Shown here: positions 1 to 8,954 of the stretch, one piece after another
Layout of the letters: each line of letters begins with the position of its first letter
Numbering within the stretch: the stretch's first letter is position 1
DNA from: an uncultured Acidobacteriota bacterium
Lineage (GTDB): Bacteria > Acidobacteriota > Terriglobia > Terriglobales > Acidobacteriaceae
Assembly: GCA_963765755.1 (NCBI GenBank)
Contig: CAVXXV010000004.1
Location: forward strand, 259,036 to 323,035
DNA length: 64,000 bases
Direction: 5' to 3'
Notes under the pieces: model-generated
The model's database searches: none
What the model saw: only the letters and a program-made list of their open reading frames with translations
What the model was told of the DNA's origin: nothing
Made by a program: the position numbers and the translations under genes

Positions 1-1
1 C

Positions 2-625
2 GTGTTCTCGCCCAATGGTATGACCAACGCCACCTGGGTCGACCTCACCAAGCCGAATGCGCCGGTGTGGCACTTCCTCTCCAACTTCCTGTACGCCGAC
101 TTCATCCTCAACAATCAGATCAAGACACCGGCGGCTCGCTTTCCAATCAACCTGATTCTCGAGTACGAGAACAACCTCAATGCGTCGGACCATCCGTTCG
201 ACAACTCAGCGCGCAGCGGTTGCACCCAGGATCCGGTCACTCTGATTGTGACCTGCACCAGCAGCAAGCCGTCCGTCAACACGAGCCTGGGGAAGCAATC
301 GCACGTCTACCTGATCGATGCCAGTGTGGGCCAGCAGAAGAACAAGGGCGACCTGCAGTTCGGATATGCCTGGCTCAGGCAGGAACAGGATTCCGTGATC
401 GCGTCGTTCGCGGAAAGCGATCAACGCGCGCCAACGAACATCCTGCAGCATCGTATCTACGCTCTATGGAAGCTTCGTCAAAACACGGTGGCGGGATTCA
501 CGTGGTGGCACGGACGTGCGCTCAACAGCAATCTCTTGAACGCACCTCTGGCGGCCGGACTGAAAGCGGGGCAGATAGAACCCTGGCTCAACCGGTTGCA
601 GTTTGATCTGATCTACACGTTTTAG
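2..625 (+). CDS. C-terminal part of an outer-membrane beta-barrel (porin-like) protein; 5' end lies outside the window
   Basis: The ORF is open to the window edge. It ends ...LQFDLIYTF, and a terminal aromatic residue is typical of OMP barrels. It lies upstream of polyphosphate/phosphate genes, so a phosphate porin is possible but unproven. Confidence 0.45.
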   Translation: MFSPNGMTNATWVDLTKPNAPVWHFLSNFLYADFILNNQIKTPAARFPINLILEYENNLNASDHPFDNSARSGCTQDPVTLIVTCTSSKPSVNTSLGKQSHVYLIDASVGQQKNKGDLQFGYAWLRQEQDSVIASFAESDQRAPTNILQHRIYALWKLRQNTVAGFTWWHGRALNSNLLNAPLAAGLKAGQIEPWLNRLQFDLIYTF

Positions 626-785
626 GTAGCGATGTCTTGCGGGCAGTGAACTTGGGAAGGCGCCACCTTTCAGGATGGCGCCTCACTTCTTCCGCTGCTG
701 CAGAGACGGCTCTACGCAGCCGAAATCCTCCCATTCCCCTGCAAAAGCGCGATTTCTCGAGGCTGTTTTATACTGTAGTTTCGTC

Positions 786-1172
786 ATGACGACCAAGGCT
801 CTTACCGTGTGGGTTTTCGTGCTGGTGGCGCTTTCTACCGGTCACGGTGCTCAACGAGAATGGGTAACGGGAAAAATCCTTGGCGTGCAGCAACACGAAC
901 GCGACCGGGTTCAGCTCTACATCGTCAATACGCCGATCATGACCGAAGACCCCTACTTCACGATTGCGGTTGACGTGAATGGGATGCGCTACGAAGGCGA
1001 ATTTCTCCCGCATACGATGCGCGAGTTTAGTCCCGGCTTCTGGAATGCGGGAGAGAGCGTCGTGCTGCGTCTGGACAAGCATTTCATGTATCTGAAGCGG
1101 GAAGATGGGTCGGAAGCGAAATTCCTGATAATCGACAAGGCTCCTTTACACTCGGCGCGGAATCTTCCCTAG
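786..1172 (+). CDS. Small secreted hypothetical protein
   Basis: An internal ATG at 786 gives MTTKALTVWVFVLVALSTGHGAQ, which looks like a signal peptide. I recognise no family. Confidence 0.45.
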   Translation: MTTKALTVWVFVLVALSTGHGAQREWVTGKILGVQQHERDRVQLYIVNTPIMTEDPYFTIAVDVNGMRYEGEFLPHTMREFSPGFWNAGESVVLRLDKHFMYLKREDGSEAKFLIIDKAPLHSARNLP

Positions 1173-1174
1173 AT

Positions 1175-3334
1175 ATGGCCCGTCCATTACTCGATAACCC
1201 GTCGAACTTCATTAACCGGGAACTGTCCTGGCTCGCCTTCAACCAGAGGGTCTTGGAAGAGGCTTCGGACCTCAACAATCCGCTGTTGGAGAGGCTGAAG
1301 TTCCTCTCCATCTCCGCGAGCAATCTCGATGAGTTCTTTGAAGTGCGGGTGGCATCCCTGGTGCAGCAGATCGAGGATGGCTACAACGAAGGCGCGGCCG
1401 ATGGCTTGACTCTGGTGGAAGAACGGGACCGGATCAACCGCGAAACGCACGACTTCGTTGACGATCAATATGATTGCTGGAACGGGCATCTGAGGCCGCG
1501 GCTGGCGGAGCACGGGATCCGCGTGCTCGGTTTGCATGAACTGGATACGGCCGCCAAATCTTTTGTCGAGGCGTACTGCGAAAGGGAACTCGATCCACTT
1601 CTGACCCCGGTGACGGTCGATCCCTCGCATCCTTTTCCGCGGGTGATCAACAAGGCATTGTGCGTGGCTTTTCTGCTGCGCCGGCGACGGCGCTCGGCGA
1701 TGACTTACACGGGCGTAGTGACGGTGCCGCGGGCGTTACCGCGCCTGATCCGGCTGCCCTCTGAAGATACTGACGATTTTATCTTCCTCGCGGATCTGGT
1801 CGCCTTCCACGCGGCGCGGATGTATCACGGGTATGACATCGTGTCGTCGGCGGCATTTCGTGTCACGCGCAACAGCAATCTTTATCTGGCGGAAGAAGAG
1901 GCGCGGAGTTTGCTCGAGTCGGTTCGTGCTGAACTTCACAACCGGCGTAAGGGCGATGCCGTCCGCATGGAGATTGAGGCGGACGCAGACCCGGAAATCA
2001 TCGAACGATTGCGGGGCGTGTTCGAACTGGATCCGTGGCAGGTGTTTTCCGTGAATGGACCGGTCAACCTCTCGCGGCTCTTCAATGTGTACGAACAGAC
2101 CAAGCATCCGGAACTGAAGTTCAAAACATTCATCCCTCGGGAATTGCGGTTAACGGCCAAATCCCAAGACTTATTTGAGGAACTCAGGCGGCACGATGTT
2201 TTGCTGCATCATCCGTACGATTCCTACGACTCGGTGATCTCGTTTATCGAGTCGGCGGCAGAGGACGATCGGGTTCTGTCCATTAAACAGACTCTGTACC
2301 GCACCAATGAGCATTCGCTTATCGTGCCGGCGCTGATTGCGGCGGCCGCGAAGAAAGAAGTGACGGCGGTTGTCGAATTAAAAGCTCGCTTCGATGAGGC
2401 GTCGAATATCCGCTGGGCGCGGGACCTGGAAGATGCCGGCGTGCAGGTGTTCCATGGCCTGGTGGGACTGAAGACACACTGCAAGCTGTCGCTGCTGGCG
2501 CGGCGGGACCCGGATGCGGTAACGCGGCGTTACGTGCACATCGGGACGGGAAACTACAACGCCACGACGGCTCGCATCTACACCGACCTGAGCCTGCTGA
2601 CGGCGGACCCGCAAATCACGAGCGCAGTTCACGACGTGTTCAGTTTCCTCACGGCGTACGCGGAAAATCCCAGCTACTCGCCCTTGCTGGTGGCGCCTCT
2701 GGACCTGGCCGAGAAATTGCACGGGCTGATCGCGCGCGAGGCGGATCACGCGCGGCAAGGGCGGCCGGCGCGCATCATCGCCAAAATGAATGCGCTGCTC
2801 GACAAGAAGGTGATTTTGGCGCTATACGAGGCTTCTCAGGCGGGGGTCGAAATTGACCTGCTGGTACGGGGCATCTGCGCGCTGCGACCCGGCGTGCGCG
2901 GCATCAGCGACCGGATTAAAGTACGCAGCATTGTGGGACGTTTTCTTGAGCATAGCCGTATTTTCTATTTCGCCAACGCAGGCGAGGAAGAGGTCTACAT
3001 CGGCAGTGCGGACTGGATGCCGCGTAATCTGTACGAGCGGGTTGAGGTTCTTACGCCATTGAAAGATCCGATGGCCGTCGAGCGCGTCCGGCAGGAGATG
3101 CTAGAGGGCTATCTGGCCGACAATCTGAAAACGCGCATTCTGGCGAAAGACGGCACCTATCATCGGGTTTGGCAGATTCCTGGCAAACGCGGCGGAAAAG
3201 CGCCGACGGGGGCCTCTGCGTTCAACGCTCAGGAATTTTTTATTGCGCTGGCAGATGGCAAACAGCCTTTGCAAACGATTCCGGCTCCGGCAGCACGAGC
3301 CCGACGGCGCAGCACGGTCGGAAAGGACAGTTAG
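1175..3334 (+). CDS. ppk1: Polyphosphate kinase 1
   Basis: 719 aa. The N-terminus FINRELSWLAFNQRVLEEA is classic PPK1, and the length and the PLD-like C-terminal domains fit. Confidence 0.95.
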   Translation: MARPLLDNPSNFINRELSWLAFNQRVLEEASDLNNPLLERLKFLSISASNLDEFFEVRVASLVQQIEDGYNEGAADGLTLVEERDRINRETHDFVDDQYDCWNGHLRPRLAEHGIRVLGLHELDTAAKSFVEAYCERELDPLLTPVTVDPSHPFPRVINKALCVAFLLRRRRRSAMTYTGVVTVPRALPRLIRLPSEDTDDFIFLADLVAFHAARMYHGYDIVSSAAFRVTRNSNLYLAEEEARSLLESVRAELHNRRKGDAVRMEIEADADPEIIERLRGVFELDPWQVFSVNGPVNLSRLFNVYEQTKHPELKFKTFIPRELRLTAKSQDLFEELRRHDVLLHHPYDSYDSVISFIESAAEDDRVLSIKQTLYRTNEHSLIVPALIAAAAKKEVTAVVELKARFDEASNIRWARDLEDAGVQVFHGLVGLKTHCKLSLLARRDPDAVTRRYVHIGTGNYNATTARIYTDLSLLTADPQITSAVHDVFSFLTAYAENPSYSPLLVAPLDLAEKLHGLIAREADHARQGRPARIIAKMNALLDKKVILALYEASQAGVEIDLLVRGICALRPGVRGISDRIKVRSIVGRFLEHSRIFYFANAGEEEVYIGSADWMPRNLYERVEVLTPLKDPMAVERVRQEMLEGYLADNLKTRILAKDGTYHRVWQIPGKRGGKAPTGASAFNAQEFFIALADGKQPLQTIPAPAARARRRSTVGKDS

Positions 3335-3339
3335 GCTGA

Positions 3340-3870
3340 ATGATTGTTTACTTCCTGCGTCACGCGAATGCGGGGGAGCGCCTTGCATCGCCGAAGAAGG
3401 ATGAAAAACGCGGCTTGGATAAAGAAGGCATCGAACAGTGTGGTTACGTGGGACGGGCGCTGGCCGCACTCGACGCGCAAGTCGACGCCATGATCTCGAG
3501 TCCCCTGAAGCGCGCCACCCAAACCGCGTCGCTGGTCGGCAACGAAATGGGCTTCGAGGGTAAGCTGCAGATCGAGCCCGCACTCCGGCCCCAAGGGACG
3601 TTCGCCGACTTCCGCAAGGTGCTCGATAAGTACGCGAAGCTCGAGGCCATTATGGTCGTGGGCCATAATCCGAACCTGAGCGAGTTTCTCGGGAGGGTCG
3701 TCAGTCCTACCGGATGCGAAGCTGCGATGGAATTGAGGAAGGGCGCGGTTGCCAAGGTGGAATTGCGAAGAAGTTCGGGATCGCTTTCCTGGTGCCTCAC
3801 TCCGAAAATTGTCCGATCGCTTTACGCAGCGGCGGCCGAGAGTTCCCGCCCGAAGAGTTCCCGGAAATAA
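3340..3870 (+). CDS. sixA: SixA-type phosphohistidine phosphatase (histidine phosphatase superfamily)
   Basis: FLRHANAG (RHG-type catalytic His motif), SSPLKRATQTA, VVGHNP; about 170 aa. It starts 5 nt after ppk1. Confidence 0.7.
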   Translation: MIVYFLRHANAGERLASPKKDEKRGLDKEGIEQCGYVGRALAALDAQVDAMISSPLKRATQTASLVGNEMGFEGKLQIEPALRPQGTFADFRKVLDKYAKLEAIMVVGHNPNLSEFLGRVVSPTGCEAAMELRKGAVAKVELRRSSGSLSWCLTPKIVRSLYAAAAESSRPKSSRK

Positions 3871-5354
3871 TCGCGGTCTTTTTCAATCGCCCACAGTTCT
3901 AAATCCACCCCTACCCGGCGGCGTGACATTAGCGTCATCATGACGGCTCCATCGCGAACGCTGACGCGAGCCTTCTGCACTGCGCGGCTTCGTCCGAGAT
4001 TCATGGACCGCGCCAGGCGTAGAAGCATGGAAGCCTTGGCGATGTATTCCTGATTGATTGGCAATAGTCCCTTAAGGCTACTGTCTCCGGGCGTGGGGCG
4101 GGACTTGCCAAGATAGCGGGCGATGGCGGCGATGATGCGACGCTGCTCGGGGGTGTATCCGAGAATTTCCGAATTGGAAATGATGTATTGGGCGTGGCGA
4201 TGGCGGCCATTGCGGTTCACGTAGTCGCCGACTTCATACAGCATGGCGGCAGCCGAAAGCCACTCTCGATATTCCGGGGGCAGTTGGTGCACCGACTTCA
4301 ATGCGGAAAACAGTTCCATCGCCGAGTCGCGCACTTGCAGCGCATGAGCCATGTCGACGCGGTAATGGTGGACGGCCTGCTGCAGTGAATCCCAGCGTTC
4401 GGATTCGATCTGGCGGCCAGAGCGCGTGCTGCGATCATATTCGGCGGCCATCTGCGCGAGCAGTCCATCGCGCAGGCCGAGCGGTGAATAACGGAACGAG
4501 CGCAGCTGGCAACGTTCGACCAACTCCCGGTACACCATCGCGCCCGCCACGATGATTTCTGCGCGCCGCGGGCCGATGCCTTCTATCTTTTTGCGTTCCT
4601 CGAGCGGAAGGCGGCTGATGAGCTTCGCGAGTCGTTTCATTTCGGTTGCCGAAACGGTCAGAGTGCGGCTTTTTCCCGAAGGACGGATCAGGTGATGGGC
4701 AGACGCCGCGAGAGCCGCCGCTGTTCCTGAGGTCGCAAGCGCGACCTTGACGCGGGACGCGACGATCCGTGCCGAGGCGCGTCCCACCTCGCGCGCAATG
4801 AACCCTCGCATGCGTTGCAACTCGCCTTTGCGAGGCGGATCGTGGCCGAGAAATTCATTGGTGAGCCGCACTGCGCCCAGCGGCAGGCTGACCGTGTCGC
4901 GGATATGTCCTCGACGAGAAACAGTCAGCTCGCAGCTGCCGCCGCCCAAGTCGATCATCAACACGGTGGAGGTGCTGAGGCGAAGGTTGGCGACCAGGCC
5001 GAGGTGGATCAGCCGGCCCTCTTCCAGGCCGGAGATGATATCGACCGTCCACCCCGTGGCCGAACGCACCCATTCCAGAAAAGCCTGCGAGTTTCGGGCA
5101 TCGCGCAAGGCGCTGGTGGCGACGACGCGAACCGAGTCAGTCCCCAATCGTTGGGCCGTGCGATGGAAGCGGCGCAGCACCTTGACGGTTTCCGCCATCG
5201 ACTCGGGCGACAGGAAATTGGAGCGAAAAACGCCTTCCCCCAAACGAGTGACCTCGCGGTCTTCGTGAATTGCGTGGAGGCGGCGGCCGCGCAGACGGGC
5301 AATCTTAAGGCGGACCGAGTTCGAACCGATATCAACCGCGGCGAAGACGGGCAT
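3822..5354 (-). CDS. ppx: Exopolyphosphatase / Ppx-GppA family phosphatase
   Basis: N-terminus AAVDIGSNSVRLKIA (ASKHA fold) plus a C-terminal HD-like region; 510 aa. Confidence 0.9.
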   Translation of the reverse strand: MPVFAAVDIGSNSVRLKIARLRGRRLHAIHEDREVTRLGEGVFRSNFLSPESMAETVKVLRRFHRTAQRLGTDSVRVVATSALRDARNSQAFLEWVRSATGWTVDIISGLEEGRLIHLGLVANLRLSTSTVLMIDLGGGSCELTVSRRGHIRDTVSLPLGAVRLTNEFLGHDPPRKGELQRMRGFIAREVGRASARIVASRVKVALATSGTAAALAASAHHLIRPSGKSRTLTVSATEMKRLAKLISRLPLEERKKIEGIGPRRAEIIVAGAMVYRELVERCQLRSFRYSPLGLRDGLLAQMAAEYDRSTRSGRQIESERWDSLQQAVHHYRVDMAHALQVRDSAMELFSALKSVHQLPPEYREWLSAAAMLYEVGDYVNRNGRHRHAQYIISNSEILGYTPEQRRIIAAIARYLGKSRPTPGDSSLKGLLPINQEYIAKASMLLRLARSMNLGRSRAVQKARVSVRDGAVMMTLMSRRRVGVDLELWAIEKDRDYFRELFGRELSAAAA

Positions 5355-5523
5355 GGTGGAGATGCGTTCCCGATTCTAATGGAATCGCTGGTAGCTCAGA
5401 ATAAAACCTCGAGCCGGCTGAGGACGCATTCAGCCCCGAAGCAGGCTGGCGGCACCAACGGCAAATGTCTGTAGCGCAAGTGCTTTTAACACTCCTGTAA
5501 CACGTTTCTGTTAGGGTCCAGCC

Positions 5524-6546
5524 ATGGCGAACCAAGCCCTGTTTCGCCCGCATCCGGCGGGGCCACAGCCAGTGGCAGGATCGCATCCCAAAATGCGTAC
5601 GAGTCCGCTGCTGAACTCCTCCGACGGAGTGTTCGCTGACAGGGCTTTTGGATGGGTGATCTTAGGGTGCGCGTTGGTTGTTCTTTTGATCCTGGCGCTC
5701 ATCGTGTGGCAACTGGTGAGCCGTTCCCAGTTATCCTGGCACGCATTTGGCTGGAAATTCTTCTGGGGGCAGGATTGGGATCCGGTTAACGATCAGTATG
5801 GCGCCCTCCCATTCGTTTACGGGACCATCGTTTCTTCACTGCTGGCTCTGGTGATTGCCATACCCCTGGCGGTTGGCGTCGGTGTATTCACCACCGAAAT
5901 GTGCCCGAAGTGGCTGCGCGGCCCGCTCTCCTTTACGACTGAGTTGCTGGCTGCGATCCCGAGCGTGATCTATGGGCTGTGGGCGATCTTCGTGCTGGTT
6001 CCGATTCTGCGGAACTATGTAGAACCATTTCTCGGAAAAACGCTGGGTTGGACAGGGCTGTTCGAGGGTGCGCCGTTCGGAATCGGAATGCTGGCCGCGG
6101 GAATCATCCTGGCCATCATGATCATCCCGATCATCTCTTCGATCACGCGCGAGGTGCTGCAGGTCGTGCCGCAGCACCAGAGGGAAGCGGTGCTTGCACT
6201 GGGCGCGACCCGGTGGGAGATGATTCGCATCGGCGTCCTGCGCAATGCGCGCGCCGGAATTGTGGGGGGAATCATTCTTGGCCTGGGCCGCGCATTAGGT
6301 GAAACGATGGCCGTCACCATGGTGATCGGGAACCGCCCGGAAATTGCGAAGTCCCTGTTCGCTCCTGGATACACCATGGCCAGCGTGCTGGCGAACGAAT
6401 TCAGCGAAGCGGCGGGCGACTTGTACCTTTCCGCACTGATCGAAATTGGTCTGGCGTTGTTCCTGGTCACGATCATCGTGAACGCTCTGGCACGTTTTAT
6501 GGTATGGAGCGTAACGCGTGGACAACCTGCGAGGGCCCGTGCCTGA
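5524..6546 (+). CDS. pstC: Phosphate ABC transporter permease PstC
   Basis: Multi-TM protein with the EAA-type loop ALGATRWEMI, in pstC-pstA-pstB-phoU order. The start is uncertain; Met24 at 5593 is an alternative. Confidence 0.9.
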   Translation: MANQALFRPHPAGPQPVAGSHPKMRTSPLLNSSDGVFADRAFGWVILGCALVVLLILALIVWQLVSRSQLSWHAFGWKFFWGQDWDPVNDQYGALPFVYGTIVSSLLALVIAIPLAVGVGVFTTEMCPKWLRGPLSFTTELLAAIPSVIYGLWAIFVLVPILRNYVEPFLGKTLGWTGLFEGAPFGIGMLAAGIILAIMIIPIISSITREVLQVVPQHQREAVLALGATRWEMIRIGVLRNARAGIVGGIILGLGRALGETMAVTMVIGNRPEIAKSLFAPGYTMASVLANEFSEAAGDLYLSALIEIGLALFLVTIIVNALARFMVWSVTRGQPARARA

Positions 6547-7420
6547 TCCCGCCCAGCCGGTAACTCCTAGACTCGAAATCAGCCTGTGGAGAAGGATTGC
6601 GGATCACGGTGCCACCCTGTTCGCCGTTTCGACCGTGATCATTGTTCTGACGCCCCTAGTGGCGGTTTTTGCGTACCTCGTCATCAAGGGGATCGGGTCG
6701 GTGAACCTGGCGTTTCTGACGCAGACCCCGAAGCCACCCGGAGAAATCGGCGGTGGCATGGCCAATGCGATTGCCGGATCGGTGTTGATTCTTTCGATTG
6801 GCAGCCTGCTCGGCGTGCCCCTGGGGATTGGGGCTGGCATCTACCTGGCGGAGTTCGGAAGGAACCGATTCGGAGACATGGTTCGTTTCGTCTCGGATGT
6901 GCTGAACGGCGTTCCATCCATCGTAATCGGCATCGTGGCGTATGCGCTCGTGGTGCTGCGACAGAGGCATTTCTCGGCGCTCGCGGGTGGCGTGGCTCTC
7001 GCCATCATGATGGTTCCGACTATCACCCGGACAACAGAAGAGATGCTGCTGCTGGTCCCCAACGTGTTGCGCGAGGCCGCCTACGGATTGGGCGTACCCC
7101 GCTGGCGCACAACCATGTCGATCACTCTGCGCACGGCAACCTCGGGCATCATCACCGGAGTCATGCTGGCCTTTGCCCGCGTGGCAGGAGAGACGGCTCC
7201 GCTTTTGTTCACAGCCTTCGGGAACCAGTACTGGAACTGGCATCTGGACCAGCCCACGGCGGCATTACCGTTACAGATATTCACGTATGCGATTTCGCCA
7301 TACGATGATTGGCACAGACAGGCCTGGGCGGGGGCGCTGGTACTGATCATCCTGATTGTGTCGGCGGTGGCGGCCGTACGCTTTGTAGTGCGGCGCGGAA
7401 CTCTCGGAGGAGTCGCCTAG
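6518..7420 (+). CDS. pstA: Phosphate ABC transporter permease PstA
   Basis: Multi-TM permease with the loop [16 protein letters not shown] start overlapping the pstC 3' end. Confidence 0.9.
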   Translation: MDNLRGPVPDPAQPVTPRLEISLWRRIADHGATLFAVSTVIIVLTPLVAVFAYLVIKGIGSVNLAFLTQTPKPPGEIGGGMANAIAGSVLILSIGSLLGVPLGIGAGIYLAEFGRNRFGDMVRFVSDVLNGVPSIVIGIVAYALVVLRQRHFSALAGGVALAIMMVPTITRTTEEMLLLVPNVLREAAYGLGVPRWRTTMSITLRTATSGIITGVMLAFARVAGETAPLLFTAFGNQYWNWHLDQPTAALPLQIFTYAISPYDDWHRQAWAGALVLIILIVSAVAAVRFVVRRGTLGGVA

Positions 7421-7422
7421 CT

Positions 7423-8181
7423 ATGGGAGTTGGGATCCAGGTCGAAAACCTGAATGCCTGGTATGGCAAGACCCAGGCGCTCCACGAAATCAACCTGAAA
7501 GTAGAGGCCAATCATGCTACCGCCCTTATCGGCCCATCGGGCTGCGGCAAGTCGACGTTCATCCGGTGCCTGAACCGTATGCACGAGACCAGCCCCGAAG
7601 CGCGGGTGGAGGGCAAGGTAAAGATCGGCGAGTACGACGCGTACGAAGGAACGTCGGCCACCAAGCTGCGCCGCCGCATCGGCATGGTCTTTCAAAAGCC
7701 AAACCCATTCCCGACCATGTCGATCTACGATAACGTTGCGGCGGGACTCAAGCTCAACGGCTATCGCGACCGGAAGCATCTCGACGACGTGGTGGAAAAA
7801 TCCCTGATGTCGTCGGCGCTTTGGGACGAGGTGAAGGACCACATCCACAAGAAGTCGGGGGCGAGCCTTTCCGGCGGCCAACAGCAGCGCCTTTGCATTG
7901 CGCGTGCCCTGGCGGTTGAACCCGAAGTGCTGTTGATGGATGAGCCGTGTTCGGCGCTTGATCCCATCTCGACGGGCAAAATTGAAGAACTCATTTTCGA
8001 ACTGAAGGCGCAGTACACTATCGTAATTGTGACGCACAACATGCAGCAGGCAGCCCGGGTCGCCGAGTACACGGGATTCTTTCTTCTGGGGCGCCTTATC
8101 GAGTACGACAAGACGGAGAAGATTTTCACCAATCCCTCGGACAAACGCACCGAAGACTACATCACAGGCAGGTTTGGATAA
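7423..8181 (+). CDS. pstB: Phosphate ABC transporter ATP-binding protein PstB
   Basis: The ATG at 7423 lies directly after the pstA stop. Walker [10 protein letters not shown], signature LSGGQQQRL, Walker B LLMDEP. The longer track ORF start at 7309 lies inside pstA. Confidence 0.95.
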   Translation: MGVGIQVENLNAWYGKTQALHEINLKVEANHATALIGPSGCGKSTFIRCLNRMHETSPEARVEGKVKIGEYDAYEGTSATKLRRRIGMVFQKPNPFPTMSIYDNVAAGLKLNGYRDRKHLDDVVEKSLMSSALWDEVKDHIHKKSGASLSGGQQQRLCIARALAVEPEVLLMDEPCSALDPISTGKIEELIFELKAQYTIVIVTHNMQQAARVAEYTGFFLLGRLIEYDKTEKIFTNPSDKRTEDYITGRFG

Positions 8182-8891
8182 TGCGTAGCCGATTTCAACA
8201 GGGACTCGACGAATTGCGCCAGAAGCTGCTTCGGATGGGAGGACTCGCCGAACAGGCGGTGGATCGCGCTTGCCAGGCGTATCTGGATCGCGATCTGACC
8301 CGCTGCCAGATGGTGCTGGAAGGCGAGACCCAGATCAACATCTCCGAGCGCGAGATCGACGAGCTGGCGTTTGATATGCTCGCCATGCAGCAGCCGATGG
8401 CGGTGGATCTCCGCTTTATTCTCGCCGTCACCAAGATCAATGCAGACCTCGAACGCGTGGGGGACCAGGCCGTGAACATCGCGGAACGCGTGATGGATAT
8501 GGTCGCGCTGCCCGCAGTTGACCTTCCAGTGGATATCGGTCGGATGTCAGCGGCGGTCAGCGCGATGGTGCGGCGCGCACTCGAATCATTCATCGAGGCC
8601 AAGGCCGAGCTGGCACAAGCGGTGCTTGAAATGGATAACGTGGTCGACCGCATGCGAGATGAAGCCTTCATCGTGCTGGTGAAGACCATGAATGAGCGGC
8701 CGGAAACGACCCGGCAAGCGCTGGATGCCTTGTTGGTGGCGCGCAATCTCGAGCGCGTGGCCGATCATGCCACCAACATCGCCGAGGACGTGATTTTTTG
8801 GGTGCGCGGCGCCGACGTCCGACACAATGCTCCGCAAGAACCCAACGGACAGGAACAAGCGGTGCAGCGCGCGGCCAGCGAAACCCACTAG
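8181..8891 (+). CDS. phoU: Phosphate signalling complex protein PhoU
   Basis: Duplicated PhoU repeats (DLERVGDQAVNIAE and NLERVADHATNIAE). TAATG overlap with pstB. Confidence 0.9.
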   Translation: MRSRFQQGLDELRQKLLRMGGLAEQAVDRACQAYLDRDLTRCQMVLEGETQINISEREIDELAFDMLAMQQPMAVDLRFILAVTKINADLERVGDQAVNIAERVMDMVALPAVDLPVDIGRMSAAVSAMVRRALESFIEAKAELAQAVLEMDNVVDRMRDEAFIVLVKTMNERPETTRQALDALLVARNLERVADHATNIAEDVIFWVRGADVRHNAPQEPNGQEQAVQRAASETH

Positions 8892-8914
8892 CCCGCCGAG
8901 ATTGCAAACCTATG

Positions 8915-8950
8915 AGCCGGTCAGAGATACTGACCGGCTTTCTGTTTTTT
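8915..8950 (+). terminator. Rho-independent terminator after phoU
   Basis: AGCCGGTCAG-agata-CTGACCGGCT followed by TTCTGTTTTTT. Confidence 0.6.
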
Positions 8951-8954
8951 GGAG

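Noticed and set aside
5389-5400. TGGTAGCTCAGA, which resembles a tRNA D-arm.
   Set aside because: No acceptor stem, anticodon arm or T-arm (GGTTCGAATCC-like) can be built around it.
5735-5750. A sigma-54-like TGGCACGCATTTGGCT inside pstC. Other TGGCAC hits occur at, for example, 6492, 49772 and 61771.
   Set aside because: They lie inside genes or lack the TTGC -12 element at the right spacing, and no downstream start codon is in a sensible position.
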